Translations under genes and position numbers: made by a program
Shown here: positions 37,707 to 46,882 of the stretch, in pieces
How the letters are laid out: each line of letters opens with the position of its first letter
Numbering within the stretch: position 1 is the first letter of the stretch
The notes under the pieces: generated by a model
What the model was told of the DNA's origin: nothing
Seen by the model: the letters and a program-made list of their open reading frames with translations, nothing else
Databases searched by the model: none
Assembly (NCBI GenBank): GCA_030691635.1
Contig: JAUYEF010000326.1
Span: 1-60,681, forward strand
DNA: 60,681 nucleotides
Direction: 5' to 3'
Source of the DNA: Bacillota bacterium
Lineage (GTDB): Bacteria; Bacillota; Sulfobacillia; JAUYEF01

Positions 37707-38567
37707 ATGACCAGCACGCCTTACGGCCTGGGGGGCGTTTCGGAGACCCTGCTCGTGACGCTGTACTGCCGGGCCATAGAATCCGTTTCTGCGGACCCGG
37801 TTATAGTGGACAGGAAAGCGGTCGAGATAGCCCAGAAGCTCGATGAGCACCTCGCTGCTTCGCCGGTGCGAATGCACAGGATGCTTGCCAGGCGTGCGCT
37901 GCCGCAACAGCTACCGGTCAACATGTCGCTGCGGGCACGGGATTTTGACCGCTACGCAAGGGAATTCCTCGAGACGGCTCCAGACGGTGTGATCGTCAAC
38001 CTGGGCTGCGGCCTCGACAGCCGCTGCTCGCGCGTGGACAACGGCCGGGCGCTATGGTTTGACTTTGACCTGCCGCATGTCATCGAGTTTCGCCGCCAGT
38101 TCATAGAAGACAGTGAGCGGTGCAGGTCAATCGGGTCTTCGGTCCTGGACTTCTCGTGGATGGACCACGTGAAAGCGGCCGGCAGGGAGCAGCACATGTT
38201 CATGGCCGAAGGGCTGTTGATGTACTTGCGGGAGGACCAGGGGCGGTCGCTCCTCCTGAGACTTCTCGAGACGTTCCCAGGCTCGGAGCTTGTCGCGGAG
38301 GTAAGTTCCTCGTTCATCATCCGTCTGCTGCACAGCTTCATCGGCCGGGGGAGCCTCCAGCGGAAGATAGGCTTTGCCAAAGACGTCACCTTCACTTTCG
38401 GCGTCGACCGCGGCGACCAGTTCGAAGATTGGGACCCACGCATCAAGTTCCTTGACGAACGCTTCTACTTCAACGCCTCAGAGACCAAGCTTGGCTGGAT
38501 GAGGTTTTTCGCCAGGTTCAAGGTATTCAAATACGCACAATGGATAGTGCACTACCGGCTGGGATGA
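37707..38567 (+). CDS. Class I SAM-dependent methyltransferase (LCM/TcmP-like)
   Basis: ETLLVTLYCRA, VNLGCGLDSR, DLPHVI..R, AEGLLMYL. Confidence 0.9.
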   Translation: MTSTPYGLGGVSETLLVTLYCRAIESVSADPVIVDRKAVEIAQKLDEHLAASPVRMHRMLARRALPQQLPVNMSLRARDFDRYAREFLETAPDGVIVNLGCGLDSRCSRVDNGRALWFDFDLPHVIEFRRQFIEDSERCRSIGSSVLDFSWMDHVKAAGREQHMFMAEGLLMYLREDQGRSLLLRLLETFPGSELVAEVSSSFIIRLLHSFIGRGSLQRKIGFAKDVTFTFGVDRGDQFEDWDPRIKFLDERFYFNASETKLGWMRFFARFKVFKYAQWIVHYRLG

Positions 38568-38774
38568 ATGCCCGCTTAAGCCAATGATTGGGGCCCGATC
38601 GCCCACCCTCCCATGCAGCACTCCTGCCTACCCCGGGCTTGCCTGCCGTGCTGAACTGTTGTCGAATTGTTGTCTTCGCGGATTTGCCTGCAGGGAGGAT
38701 TGGAGTCCAAACGTGTCGAACCGCCCAGAACGGAGCCGCACCACGCGAGCTCCATACGTATCAGGTGACATACG

Positions 38775-39461
38775 GTGATCCAGTTCCTTGGCGTTTCAAA
38801 ACGCTACCCGAATAAGGTTTGCGCGCTATCCGACGTCAGTCTCAAGGTCTCCAAGGGCGAGTTTGTCTTCCTGGTCGGGCCGAGCGGGGCCGGCAAGTCC
38901 ACGTTGATCAAGATGATCTACCACGAGGAGGCGCCCACCGAGGGCGATATCCTGGTGGCGGGCTGGAACCTTGCCAAGATCAGGCGTCGCGACATACCAC
39001 TCTTGCGCCGCAGCATGGGGGTCGTGTTCCAGGACTTCAGGCTGCTTCCCGACAGGACCGTGTTCGAGAACGTGGCCTTCGCGCTCAAGGTGATCGAGAC
39101 GCCTCGGCGCGAGGTCAGGCGCCGGACCATGGCGGTCCTGGACCTGGTGGGGCTGCGCGAGCGGGTCGGTCATTACCCCCCGCAGCTGTCGGGCGGGGAG
39201 CAGCAGCGCGTGGCGCTGGCGCGGGCGATCGTGAACAACCCGCCCATAGTGCTGGCGGACGAGCCCACAGGGAATCTTGACCCGGAGACTTCGACGGGCA
39301 TATTCCGCCTGCTCGAAGAGGTTAACTTCCGGGGCGCCACGGTAGTCGTCGCGACTCACGCCAAGAGCGTGGTGGACCGGATGAGGAAACGCGTCGTGGC
39401 CATAGAGCAGGGCAAGGTAACGCGAGACGAAAGCCGGGGGGCTTACGACAATGGGCCTTGA
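38775..39461 (+). CDS. ftsE: Cell division ATP-binding protein FtsE
   Basis: GPSGAGKST, VVFQDFRLL, LSGGEQQRV, ADEPTGNLD. Confidence 0.97.
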   Translation: MIQFLGVSKRYPNKVCALSDVSLKVSKGEFVFLVGPSGAGKSTLIKMIYHEEAPTEGDILVAGWNLAKIRRRDIPLLRRSMGVVFQDFRLLPDRTVFENVAFALKVIETPRREVRRRTMAVLDLVGLRERVGHYPPQLSGGEQQRVALARAIVNNPPIVLADEPTGNLDPETSTGIFRLLEEVNFRGATVVVATHAKSVVDRMRKRVVAIEQGKVTRDESRGAYDNGP

Positions 39462-40338
39462 AGGCTTCTCGTTCGCCCTGCATGAAGCGCTGCTGAGCAT
39501 CCGGCGGAACACACTGATGAGCCTCGTGGCCGCGAGCACCGTGGCGGTATGCCTGTTCTTCCTGGCCGGCGTGTCGCTCTTGTCCGTCAATATGGACCAC
39601 ATGGCGGGCACGTTCGAGTCGCAGGTGCATCTCAGGGTGTACGTGGCTGCGGGCACCGACCAGAGAGTCATCAAAGAGCTTGAGACCAAGATCGACGAGG
39701 TCGAGTTCGTCGACAAAGTCATCTATGTTTCCAAGGAAGCGGCCCTGGAACGGATGAGGAAGCAGTTCGGTGACCAGAAAGACCTGCTGGCCGGCATCGA
39801 GAGCGCGAACCCGTTGCCCGATTCGTTCGAGGTGCGTGTCGAACCGCCTCAGAAGATCAAAGATGTCGCTCTGGTCATCGAGAAGCTCAAGGGCGTTGAG
39901 AAGGTGCAGTTCCGCCAAGAAATCGTGGACAAACTCTTCAGCCTGACAGCGGCAGTCCGGGGATTTGGGATCGCGCTTGTGATTGTCATGGCGAGCGGCG
40001 CCCTGTTCATCATGTCAAACACCATACGGATCACTGTCTTCTCCCGCCGTAGGGAAGTCGGGATAATGAAACTCGTGGGCGCTACCGATTCTCTCATTCG
40101 AGGGCCTTTCCTGATCGAAGGCCTGATCCTGGGGTTTGCCGGGTCTGTCGCGGCGGCCGCGGCCATATTCGCTCTGTACACCTGGCTGTTTGGGGCCGTC
40201 ACAAGGAACCTGCCCTTCCTGCCGCTGTTGACGCCGCAGCCCTTGCTGATTGAGGTGGCTGTGGCGCTGCTGGCCGCGGGCGCTTTCATAGGCGGGGCAG
40301 GGAGCGCGGTTTCGCTGAGAAGGTACCTGAGAGTCTGA
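39451..40338 (+). CDS. ftsX: Cell division permease FtsX
   Basis: SKEAAL, NPLPDS, NTIRITVFSRRREVGIMKLVGAT..IRGPFLIEG. Confidence 0.97.
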   Translation: MGLEGFSFALHEALLSIRRNTLMSLVAASTVAVCLFFLAGVSLLSVNMDHMAGTFESQVHLRVYVAAGTDQRVIKELETKIDEVEFVDKVIYVSKEAALERMRKQFGDQKDLLAGIESANPLPDSFEVRVEPPQKIKDVALVIEKLKGVEKVQFRQEIVDKLFSLTAAVRGFGIALVIVMASGALFIMSNTIRITVFSRRREVGIMKLVGATDSLIRGPFLIEGLILGFAGSVAAAAAIFALYTWLFGAVTRNLPFLPLLTPQPLLIEVAVALLAAGAFIGGAGSAVSLRRYLRV

Positions 40339-40365
40339 CTGCGTCGTTCCGGAGGTGTTCGGCTG

Positions 40366-41517
40366 GTGCTCCGTAGGTGGTCCCGGGTTATCGTTCTGGT
40401 GCTGGCGCTGTTGCTGGTGCTCTCACTATCGCTCTCACAGGTCTTTGCGGGAGCGGTTGAAGACGAGCTTGAGACCCGGCGCCAGGAGCTTGAACGCGTG
40501 CAGCGAGAGATTGAAGAGCAGAAGCAGAACATCGTTTCCACGCGCCGCAAGGAGCAGGCCGTTTCCTCGGAGCTGAACAGGCTCGACCAGCGGCTCGAGC
40601 TCACCGAGAAGGAACTCAGGTACCTAGAGGCACAGCTCTCGGTCACCCAGAAGAACGTACAGCAGACAGACGCCGAAGTGAAGAGGGCGCAGGCCGAACT
40701 GGAGAAGCGCACCAACTTCCTCGCGTCGAGGCTGCGAGCGCTCTACGAGATAGGCCCTGCCGGTTACTTAGAAGTGATCCTGTCCGCCACGGATTTCTCG
40801 GACTTCCTCACACGGTTTGACCTTCTGCAATCGGTCATCACGCAGGACGTGAGCTTGCTCAAGAGCATAAAGGCTGAGAGAGAGCAATACGCTGCAAAGA
40901 AAGCAGACCTGGAGACCCAGCAGAAGAGACTCAGCGCGCTGCAGACGCAGAACCAGGAGAAGCGCGGCGAGTATGCGAGCCGGGCGGCGGACCGCGAGCG
41001 GCAGCTGACCAAGCTGAAGCAGCAGCGGCAGGAATACGAGAATGCCCTTGACGAACTAGAAGAGCTCTCTGAAGAACTTGTGCAGATCATCCAGGAACTT
41101 CAGGCAAAGAGCCAGGTCAAATTCACTGGTAAGCTTGCGTTTGCGTGGCCGGTCTCGGGCTCGGTCACATCCGGTTTCGGCAGGCGGTATCATCCAGTCA
41201 TACGACGGTACCGGAACCACACAGGGATCGACATAGCGGCCAAGACGGGCACGTCTGTCAAGGCCTCAGAGGCCGGTGTCGTGCTGCATAGCGGGTGGCT
41301 CGGCGGGTACGGGAAATGCGTCATCATAGACCACGGCGGCGGCTATTCGACCCTCTATGCGCACAACTCCACGCTGCTGGTCAGCGCGGGTCAGGCGGTC
41401 AGCAAGGGGTTCATCATCGCACGGGCAGGCAGCACAGGTGTGAGTACCGGGCCGCACGTCCATTTTGAGGTGCGTGTCAAAGGCACTCCCCAGGATCCAA
41501 GGAAATTTGTGCCATAG
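40366..41517 (+). CDS. Coiled-coil + M23 murein hydrolase (EnvC/CwlO-like FtsEX partner)
   Basis: Signal peptide, long coiled coil, HTGIDIA, YAH, STGPHVHFEV. Confidence 0.92.
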   Translation: MLRRWSRVIVLVLALLLVLSLSLSQVFAGAVEDELETRRQELERVQREIEEQKQNIVSTRRKEQAVSSELNRLDQRLELTEKELRYLEAQLSVTQKNVQQTDAEVKRAQAELEKRTNFLASRLRALYEIGPAGYLEVILSATDFSDFLTRFDLLQSVITQDVSLLKSIKAEREQYAAKKADLETQQKRLSALQTQNQEKRGEYASRAADRERQLTKLKQQRQEYENALDELEELSEELVQIIQELQAKSQVKFTGKLAFAWPVSGSVTSGFGRRYHPVIRRYRNHTGIDIAAKTGTSVKASEAGVVLHSGWLGGYGKCVIIDHGGGYSTLYAHNSTLLVSAGQAVSKGFIIARAGSTGVSTGPHVHFEVRVKGTPQDPRKFVP

Positions 41518-41655
41518 CAGAGGCCAATACCGGCGGCAGGGCGGCCCAGCGCACTGTGCGGGCCGCTTTCTGGTTTGAGCGGCTCTGAGGAGCCGCTGAA
41601 AAGCTGCTGAGGAGCAGAGTCTTGCCGCCACGACGGCTCGGAGGGGCAGAACCTT

Positions 41656-43053
41656 ATGGTGGACAGAAGACGCACGGCACTTGCCCTGGTCGCAATCGTG
41701 GTGCTGACCAACGTCATCACCTATGGGGTCGCGACGTCCAGGGCGCCCGCGGGCAGCAAGGCGCTGGATGTTCGGTTTGAGAAGCTGATGAACGTCCTCG
41801 ACCTTGTGCAGAGGCAGTATGTTGACCAGATGGACGTGCAGAAGCTCGTGGATGGCGCCACCGAGGGCCTCGTAAAGGCTACGGGCGACCCGTACTCTGC
41901 TTACATGGAACCCCGCGAATGGAGAGAGCTTCTGATCAGGGCCTCCGGCAACTATGCCGGGATCGGTGTGTACATCGGGGCGAAGGACAGGTACATCACG
42001 GTGATCGCACCGATCAAGGGCACGCCGGCGGAGAAAGCAGGGGTGAAGCCGGGGGACACCATCGTCAAGGTCGACGGGAAAGACATCGTGGACATGCCGA
42101 GCGACAAAGTGGCCGACCTGATTCGCGGCAAGGAAGGCACGAAAGTCAAGATCACGCTGATGAGGCAGGGCTCGAGCACCCCCATCAACTTGGAGATCAC
42201 GAGGGCGACGATCAACGTTCCTGCCGCGGACTGGGAAATGCTTGAAGGCAACATTGGGTATATTCGCGTCAGAGAGTTCAATAGCCAGGCCACGAAGCAG
42301 GTCACGGAGGCCATAGCCGAACTCAAGGCCAAGGGGGCCACATCTCTTGTGGTGGACCTCAGAGGCAACCCCGGCGGCCTGGTCGAGGAATCGATCGGTG
42401 TTGCGGACCTGCTTCTCGACAAAGGCGCGGTGGTCCACGTTATCGACCGCGCGGGCAAGAAAGAGACCCTGAGCGCTCAAGCGCCCGGACTCGGCCTCCC
42501 GCTGGTTGTGCTCATCGACGCCGGAAGCGCGAGCGCTTCGGAGATTGTGGCGGGTGCAGTACAGGACCACAAGGCAGGGACGATAGTCGGGCTGAAGTCG
42601 TTCGGCAAGGGATCTGTGCAGACCCTGATGACGTTGAAGGATGGTTCGGGCCTCAAGCTGACCACTCAGAAGTACTACACGCCGAATATGAGGTCCATTC
42701 ATGGCGTCGGTGTGGAGCCTGACGTCAAAGTCGAGCCTGAGGCTCAGAAGCAACGGCTTGAGGCGCTCACGCTGAAGCAGGATTACAAGCCGGGCGCCGT
42801 CAGCCTCGATATGCTCGACGTCCAGAAGAGACTCGCGTTGCTCGGATACCGTCTTCCGTCAGACGGCGTGTTTGGCCCGGCTACCGAGGCGGCCGTGAGG
42901 CGGTTCCAGTCTGACAGCAAACTTGCTGTCACAGGGATGGTGGACCAGAAGCTTGTCGAAACCTTGAACACAAAGGTGGAAGCTGCGCAGAAGCCTGTGG
43001 ACACCCAGCTCCAGAAGGCCATAGAGATACTGAAGCAGAAAACGGGCAGGTGA
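41656..43053 (+). CDS. ctpB: S41 C-terminal processing protease with PDZ and PG-binding domains
   Basis: DPYSAY, GIG, DLRGNPGG, SASASEI, FGKGSVQ, DGVFGPATEAAVRRFQ. Confidence 0.9.
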   Translation: MVDRRRTALALVAIVVLTNVITYGVATSRAPAGSKALDVRFEKLMNVLDLVQRQYVDQMDVQKLVDGATEGLVKATGDPYSAYMEPREWRELLIRASGNYAGIGVYIGAKDRYITVIAPIKGTPAEKAGVKPGDTIVKVDGKDIVDMPSDKVADLIRGKEGTKVKITLMRQGSSTPINLEITRATINVPAADWEMLEGNIGYIRVREFNSQATKQVTEAIAELKAKGATSLVVDLRGNPGGLVEESIGVADLLLDKGAVVHVIDRAGKKETLSAQAPGLGLPLVVLIDAGSASASEIVAGAVQDHKAGTIVGLKSFGKGSVQTLMTLKDGSGLKLTTQKYYTPNMRSIHGVGVEPDVKVEPEAQKQRLEALTLKQDYKPGAVSLDMLDVQKRLALLGYRLPSDGVFGPATEAAVRRFQSDSKLAVTGMVDQKLVETLNTKVEAAQKPVDTQLQKAIEILKQKTGR

Positions 43054-43069
43054 GACTGGAGAAACCTCA

Positions 43070-44359
43070 ATGGCGGATACCATCAGTGCTTTCATAGAAC
43101 TCGGGAAGGCTGTTCTCAAAGCGATACCTCTCGCACTGCTCGGGGGGTCGCCTGCGACTGGGATTTTCTGGGTCTTCACCGCGCTTGTGTTCATGCAGTA
43201 CCGGCGGGTGGAGGCCACGGAGACCCGTATATATGGCGTCGCGAAGAACCGTAGCGTGATGCAGGCCCTCAAGTCCACCGGATGGGGCATTGTGGGTGGG
43301 GCCATCGCGAGCATGCTGCTCGTGTTCCTCGGGATACCGCTTTCCGATAGCGGGCTTGCATACCTGTTTCCGGTCGCGCTGGCCCTGATGCTCGTCAGTC
43401 CTCGGTTCATGTGTTTCTCATACTCCGGCGGGTTGATCAGCCTGTCGTACCTGATCTTCGGCTTCCCGCGGGTGAATGTCCCGACCATAATGGCCCTCGT
43501 GGCGGTCCTGCACCTGACGGAAAGCCTGCTGATCTACCTCAGCGGCGCTGGATGCGCCACACCCTTCTTCGTGAGGAACAAGAGGAATGAGATAGTCGGC
43601 GGCTTCGGAGTGCAGCGGTTCTGGCCGATGCCGTTGATCGCCGTATTCCTGATGAGCAAGGCGGCGATGCCCGCCGCGGGTGAGTGGATAGCCACGCCAG
43701 ACTGGTGGCCGCTCCTGGGGCTCAAGGAGGGCGCGCTGGCGAACACCAACTTTTTCTACGCGCTGTTTCCAGTGGCCGCAGGCCTTGGGTACGGCGACAT
43801 CTCCGTGACGACCCTCCCAAGAGAACGGGCCTCAAACACCGCGCGAGTCCTGTCGTTGTACAGCGTGGTGCTGCTGGTCGTGGCCGTGGCGGCCGCTTCG
43901 TTCCGGAAGCTCGAGTGGGTCGCCGCGCTCTTCGGCCCTCTCGCTCATGAGTTCATCGCCCGGGTGAGCTCGAGCTCCGAGATGGCCGGCAAGCCGCGGT
44001 TCGTGCGGCCGGCCGAGGGCGTCATGGTGCTGGATGTGCTGCCGGGTTCCGCCGCGGATCATTCGCATATCAAAAGCGGCGACATAGTGCTCGAGGTGAA
44101 CGGCCGCAAGGTGAACAGCCGCGATGACATGCGCGCCGCGCTAGAGGAAACGCCCGAGCCGCTCGAAATGGTGGTCCGCAGCGAAGGGCGCACGGGCCGT
44201 GAGCGACTGGTCAAGCTCGGCAGGGTCGTGACAAGCCTCGGCGTCATCTCGGTGCCAGAACCCGGCGACGATATCCATGTCGAGTTCAGGAGCAGGAGCC
44301 CGCTGACGGGCCTGTATAGGCGGGTGGCTTCTTTCTTCGGGCTTGGGAGGCGGGGGTGA
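43070..44359 (+). CDS. minJ: MinJ-like membrane protein with C-terminal PDZ domain
   Basis: PRFMCFSYSGG, LH..ES, FWPMPL, PDZ; located between ctpB and uvrB. Confidence 0.75.
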   Translation: MADTISAFIELGKAVLKAIPLALLGGSPATGIFWVFTALVFMQYRRVEATETRIYGVAKNRSVMQALKSTGWGIVGGAIASMLLVFLGIPLSDSGLAYLFPVALALMLVSPRFMCFSYSGGLISLSYLIFGFPRVNVPTIMALVAVLHLTESLLIYLSGAGCATPFFVRNKRNEIVGGFGVQRFWPMPLIAVFLMSKAAMPAAGEWIATPDWWPLLGLKEGALANTNFFYALFPVAAGLGYGDISVTTLPRERASNTARVLSLYSVVLLVVAVAAASFRKLEWVAALFGPLAHEFIARVSSSSEMAGKPRFVRPAEGVMVLDVLPGSAADHSHIKSGDIVLEVNGRKVNSRDDMRAALEETPEPLEMVVRSEGRTGRERLVKLGRVVTSLGVISVPEPGDDIHVEFRSRSPLTGLYRRVASFFGLGRRG

Positions 44360-44382
44360 GTCGAGGGGTCACCGTTCGCGGA

Positions 44383-44430
44383 CCGTAAGCGTAACCGGTC
44401 CGCGCACCGCACGTGTAACCGGTCTGCGCA
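44383..44430. repeat. Two imperfect 24-bp tandem repeats
   Basis: ccgtaagcgtaaccggtccgcgca / ccgcacgtgtaaccggtctgcgca. Confidence 0.75.
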
Positions 44431-44809
44431 TCGCCGCATAGGGTCTGCGGCGCTCCGATAGAAGCCGGCTTGGCCGCTGCTTCCCGGGCTGCGGCATCCG
44501 AGGCACCACATTCCCGGTTGTTGCCGGCAGTCAACTACCCAGTCGCATCTCCTTCGCTTTGCGACCATCAAAGCCCACTAGATGAGCCTTTCTGAGGTCC
44601 GCATGGGGTCACCGGGCACTACCCGGTGGATCTTGCGGAGGCCTGTCGACATTTCCCGGGAAATGCGGGGCCTTTCACCATGGAACGCCACCGCAGACTC
44701 CGCTACCACCTGACTGGAAACCGTGCGGCACGTGCCGGACTGTACGAAGGACAGTCCCGGCGGCGAACCCGCAGCAAGGCATGAGCTTTTGCCCACCGGC
44801 TCCAGTCGG

Positions 44810-44838
44810 TTGCAAACACCAGTTCGATATGCTATCAT
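44810..44838 (+). promoter_or_regulatory. Sigma-A promoter with overlapping LexA (SOS/Cheo) box
   Basis: TTGCAA-N17-TATCAT; CAAAC-ACCA-GTTCG (44813-44826), one mismatch from CGAAC-N4-GTTCG. Confidence 0.85.
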
Positions 44839-44877
44839 CATTCGGGTGCGAGACATCCAGTCCGGAGGGCGTGCGCA

Positions 44878-46875
44878 TTGGCGGAGTTCAAGATCGTCTC
44901 CGATTTCAAGCCACGTGGCGACCAGCCGAAAGCTATAGAACTGCTTGCCGAGGGCCTGGAGAACGGCTACAAAGACCAGGTGCTGCTCGGGGTGACGGGG
45001 TCGGGCAAGACCTACACCATCGCCTGCGTGATCGAGAGAGTCCAGAGGCCGACGCTGGTCATAAGCCATAACAAGACCCTCGCCGCCCAGCTGTGCTCCG
45101 AGTTCAAAGAGTTCTTCCCCAACAACGCAGTCGAGTACTTCGTGAGCTATTACGACTACTACCAGCCGGAAGCCTACGTGCCGCAGTCTGATACCTACAT
45201 CGAGAAGGACACGCTGCTCAACGAGGAGCTCGACAAGCTGAGGCACTCTGCCACATCGGCTCTCCTCGAACGCCGAGACGTCATCATCGTGGCCAGCGTG
45301 TCGTGCATATACGGTATCGGCTCACCCGAGGACTACCAGCAAATGACGCTCTCTCTCCGCAAGGGCTCCGTTTCCGACAGGGACCACATACTCAAGCGGC
45401 TGGTCGACATCGCCTACGAGCGGAATGACATGAACTTCGTCCGTGATAAGTTCCGTGTGCGCGGGGACACCATCGAGGTGTTTCCCGCCTCGTATACAGA
45501 AAAGGCCGTGCGCATCGAGATGTTCGGGGACGAGGTGGAGCGCATCAGCGAGATTGACCCGCTCACGGGCGAGGTCCTCGCCGAGACGAATCACGTCAGG
45601 ATATATCCCGCCAGCCACTACGTCATCCAGGAAGAGAAGATGAAGAGGGCTGTCGTGACCATAGAGGAGGAGCTCACGGAGCGGCTCAAGGAACTGCGCA
45701 CCCAAGGCAAGATCCTTGAGGCATATCGCCTGGAGCAGCGCACCCGGTACGACCTGGAGATGCTGCGCGAGACGGGCAGCTGTCCGGGGGTCGAAAACTA
45801 CTCGCGCCACCTCACCGGCAGGGAGCCGGGCCAGCCGCCCTACACGTTGCTGGACTTCTTCCCAAGCGACTTCCTATGCGTTATGGACGAGTCTCACGTG
45901 AGCATACCGCAGATAGGCGGCATGTACGAGGGGGACAGGTCCCGCAAGCAGTCCCTGGTGGACTTCGGCTTCCGTCTCCCGTCCGCGTATGATAACAGGC
46001 CTCTGACGTTCAGCGAATTCTCGGGCCGCATAGGCCAGTCAATCTGCGTGTCGGCGACGCCGGCGCGCTACGAGATGTCCAGGGCGGCGCAGGTCGTGGA
46101 GCAGATCGTCCGTCCGACAGGCCTGGTGGACCCCGCGATCGAGGTGAAGCCCACCAGGAACCAGATAGATGACCTGATAGTGCAGATACGGGAGCGCGTC
46201 GAGAAACAGCACCGGGTGCTCGTGACCACCTTGACCAAGAAGATGGCCGAAGACCTCACCGACTACCTCAGGGAAGTGGGGATAAAGGTGCGGTACCTGC
46301 ATTCCGAAATCGACACGCTTGAGCGCATGGAGATAATCCGCGACCTGCGGCTCGGCGTGTTTGACGTGCTGGTCGGCATAAACCTGCTGCGCGAGGGCCT
46401 GGACCTGCCCGAGGTCTCGCTCGTCGCGATCCTCGACGCGGATAAGGAAGGCTTCCTGCGCTCGACCACGTCGCTCATCCAGACAACTGGCCGGGCTGCG
46501 CGGCACGTCGACGGCAAGGTTATAATGTATGCTGACACTATGACGGACTCCATGGAGCGCGCCCTCGGTGAGACCGAGCGTAGACGGGAAAAACAGGTGG
46601 CGTTCAACAAGGCTAACAACATCACGCCAGAAACTGTCAAGAAGGCGGTCCGGGACGTCATTGAGGCGACGCGGGCCGTCGAAATGGACAAATCATACTG
46701 GAAAGAGCACCGGTTCTCCGACGTGCCGAGACGCCAGATCCCCGCTCTCATCGAGAAGATGAGGAAAGAGATGAAGCTTGCGGCGAAGAACCTGGAATTC
46801 GAGCACGCAGCCAGCCTGAGGGATATAATCTTCGACCTGGAGAAAAAGGTAAGGGCTCCGCAGGGAAGGTCGTGA
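44878..46875 (+). CDS. uvrB: Excinuclease ABC subunit B
   Basis: [40 protein letters not shown]. Confidence 0.99.
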   Translation: MAEFKIVSDFKPRGDQPKAIELLAEGLENGYKDQVLLGVTGSGKTYTIACVIERVQRPTLVISHNKTLAAQLCSEFKEFFPNNAVEYFVSYYDYYQPEAYVPQSDTYIEKDTLLNEELDKLRHSATSALLERRDVIIVASVSCIYGIGSPEDYQQMTLSLRKGSVSDRDHILKRLVDIAYERNDMNFVRDKFRVRGDTIEVFPASYTEKAVRIEMFGDEVERISEIDPLTGEVLAETNHVRIYPASHYVIQEEKMKRAVVTIEEELTERLKELRTQGKILEAYRLEQRTRYDLEMLRETGSCPGVENYSRHLTGREPGQPPYTLLDFFPSDFLCVMDESHVSIPQIGGMYEGDRSRKQSLVDFGFRLPSAYDNRPLTFSEFSGRIGQSICVSATPARYEMSRAAQVVEQIVRPTGLVDPAIEVKPTRNQIDDLIVQIRERVEKQHRVLVTTLTKKMAEDLTDYLREVGIKVRYLHSEIDTLERMEIIRDLRLGVFDVLVGINLLREGLDLPEVSLVAILDADKEGFLRSTTSLIQTTGRAARHVDGKVIMYADTMTDSMERALGETERRREKQVAFNKANNITPETVKKAVRDVIEATRAVEMDKSYWKEHRFSDVPRRQIPALIEKMRKEMKLAAKNLEFEHAASLRDIIFDLEKKVRAPQGRS

Positions 46876-46882
46876 CTTCTGC

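Noticed and set aside
41266-42753. 495-aa minus-strand ORF
   Set aside because: Antisense to ctpB
44383-44450. Tandem repeats as a CRISPR array
   Set aside because: Only two adjacent imperfect copies, no spacers, no cas genes
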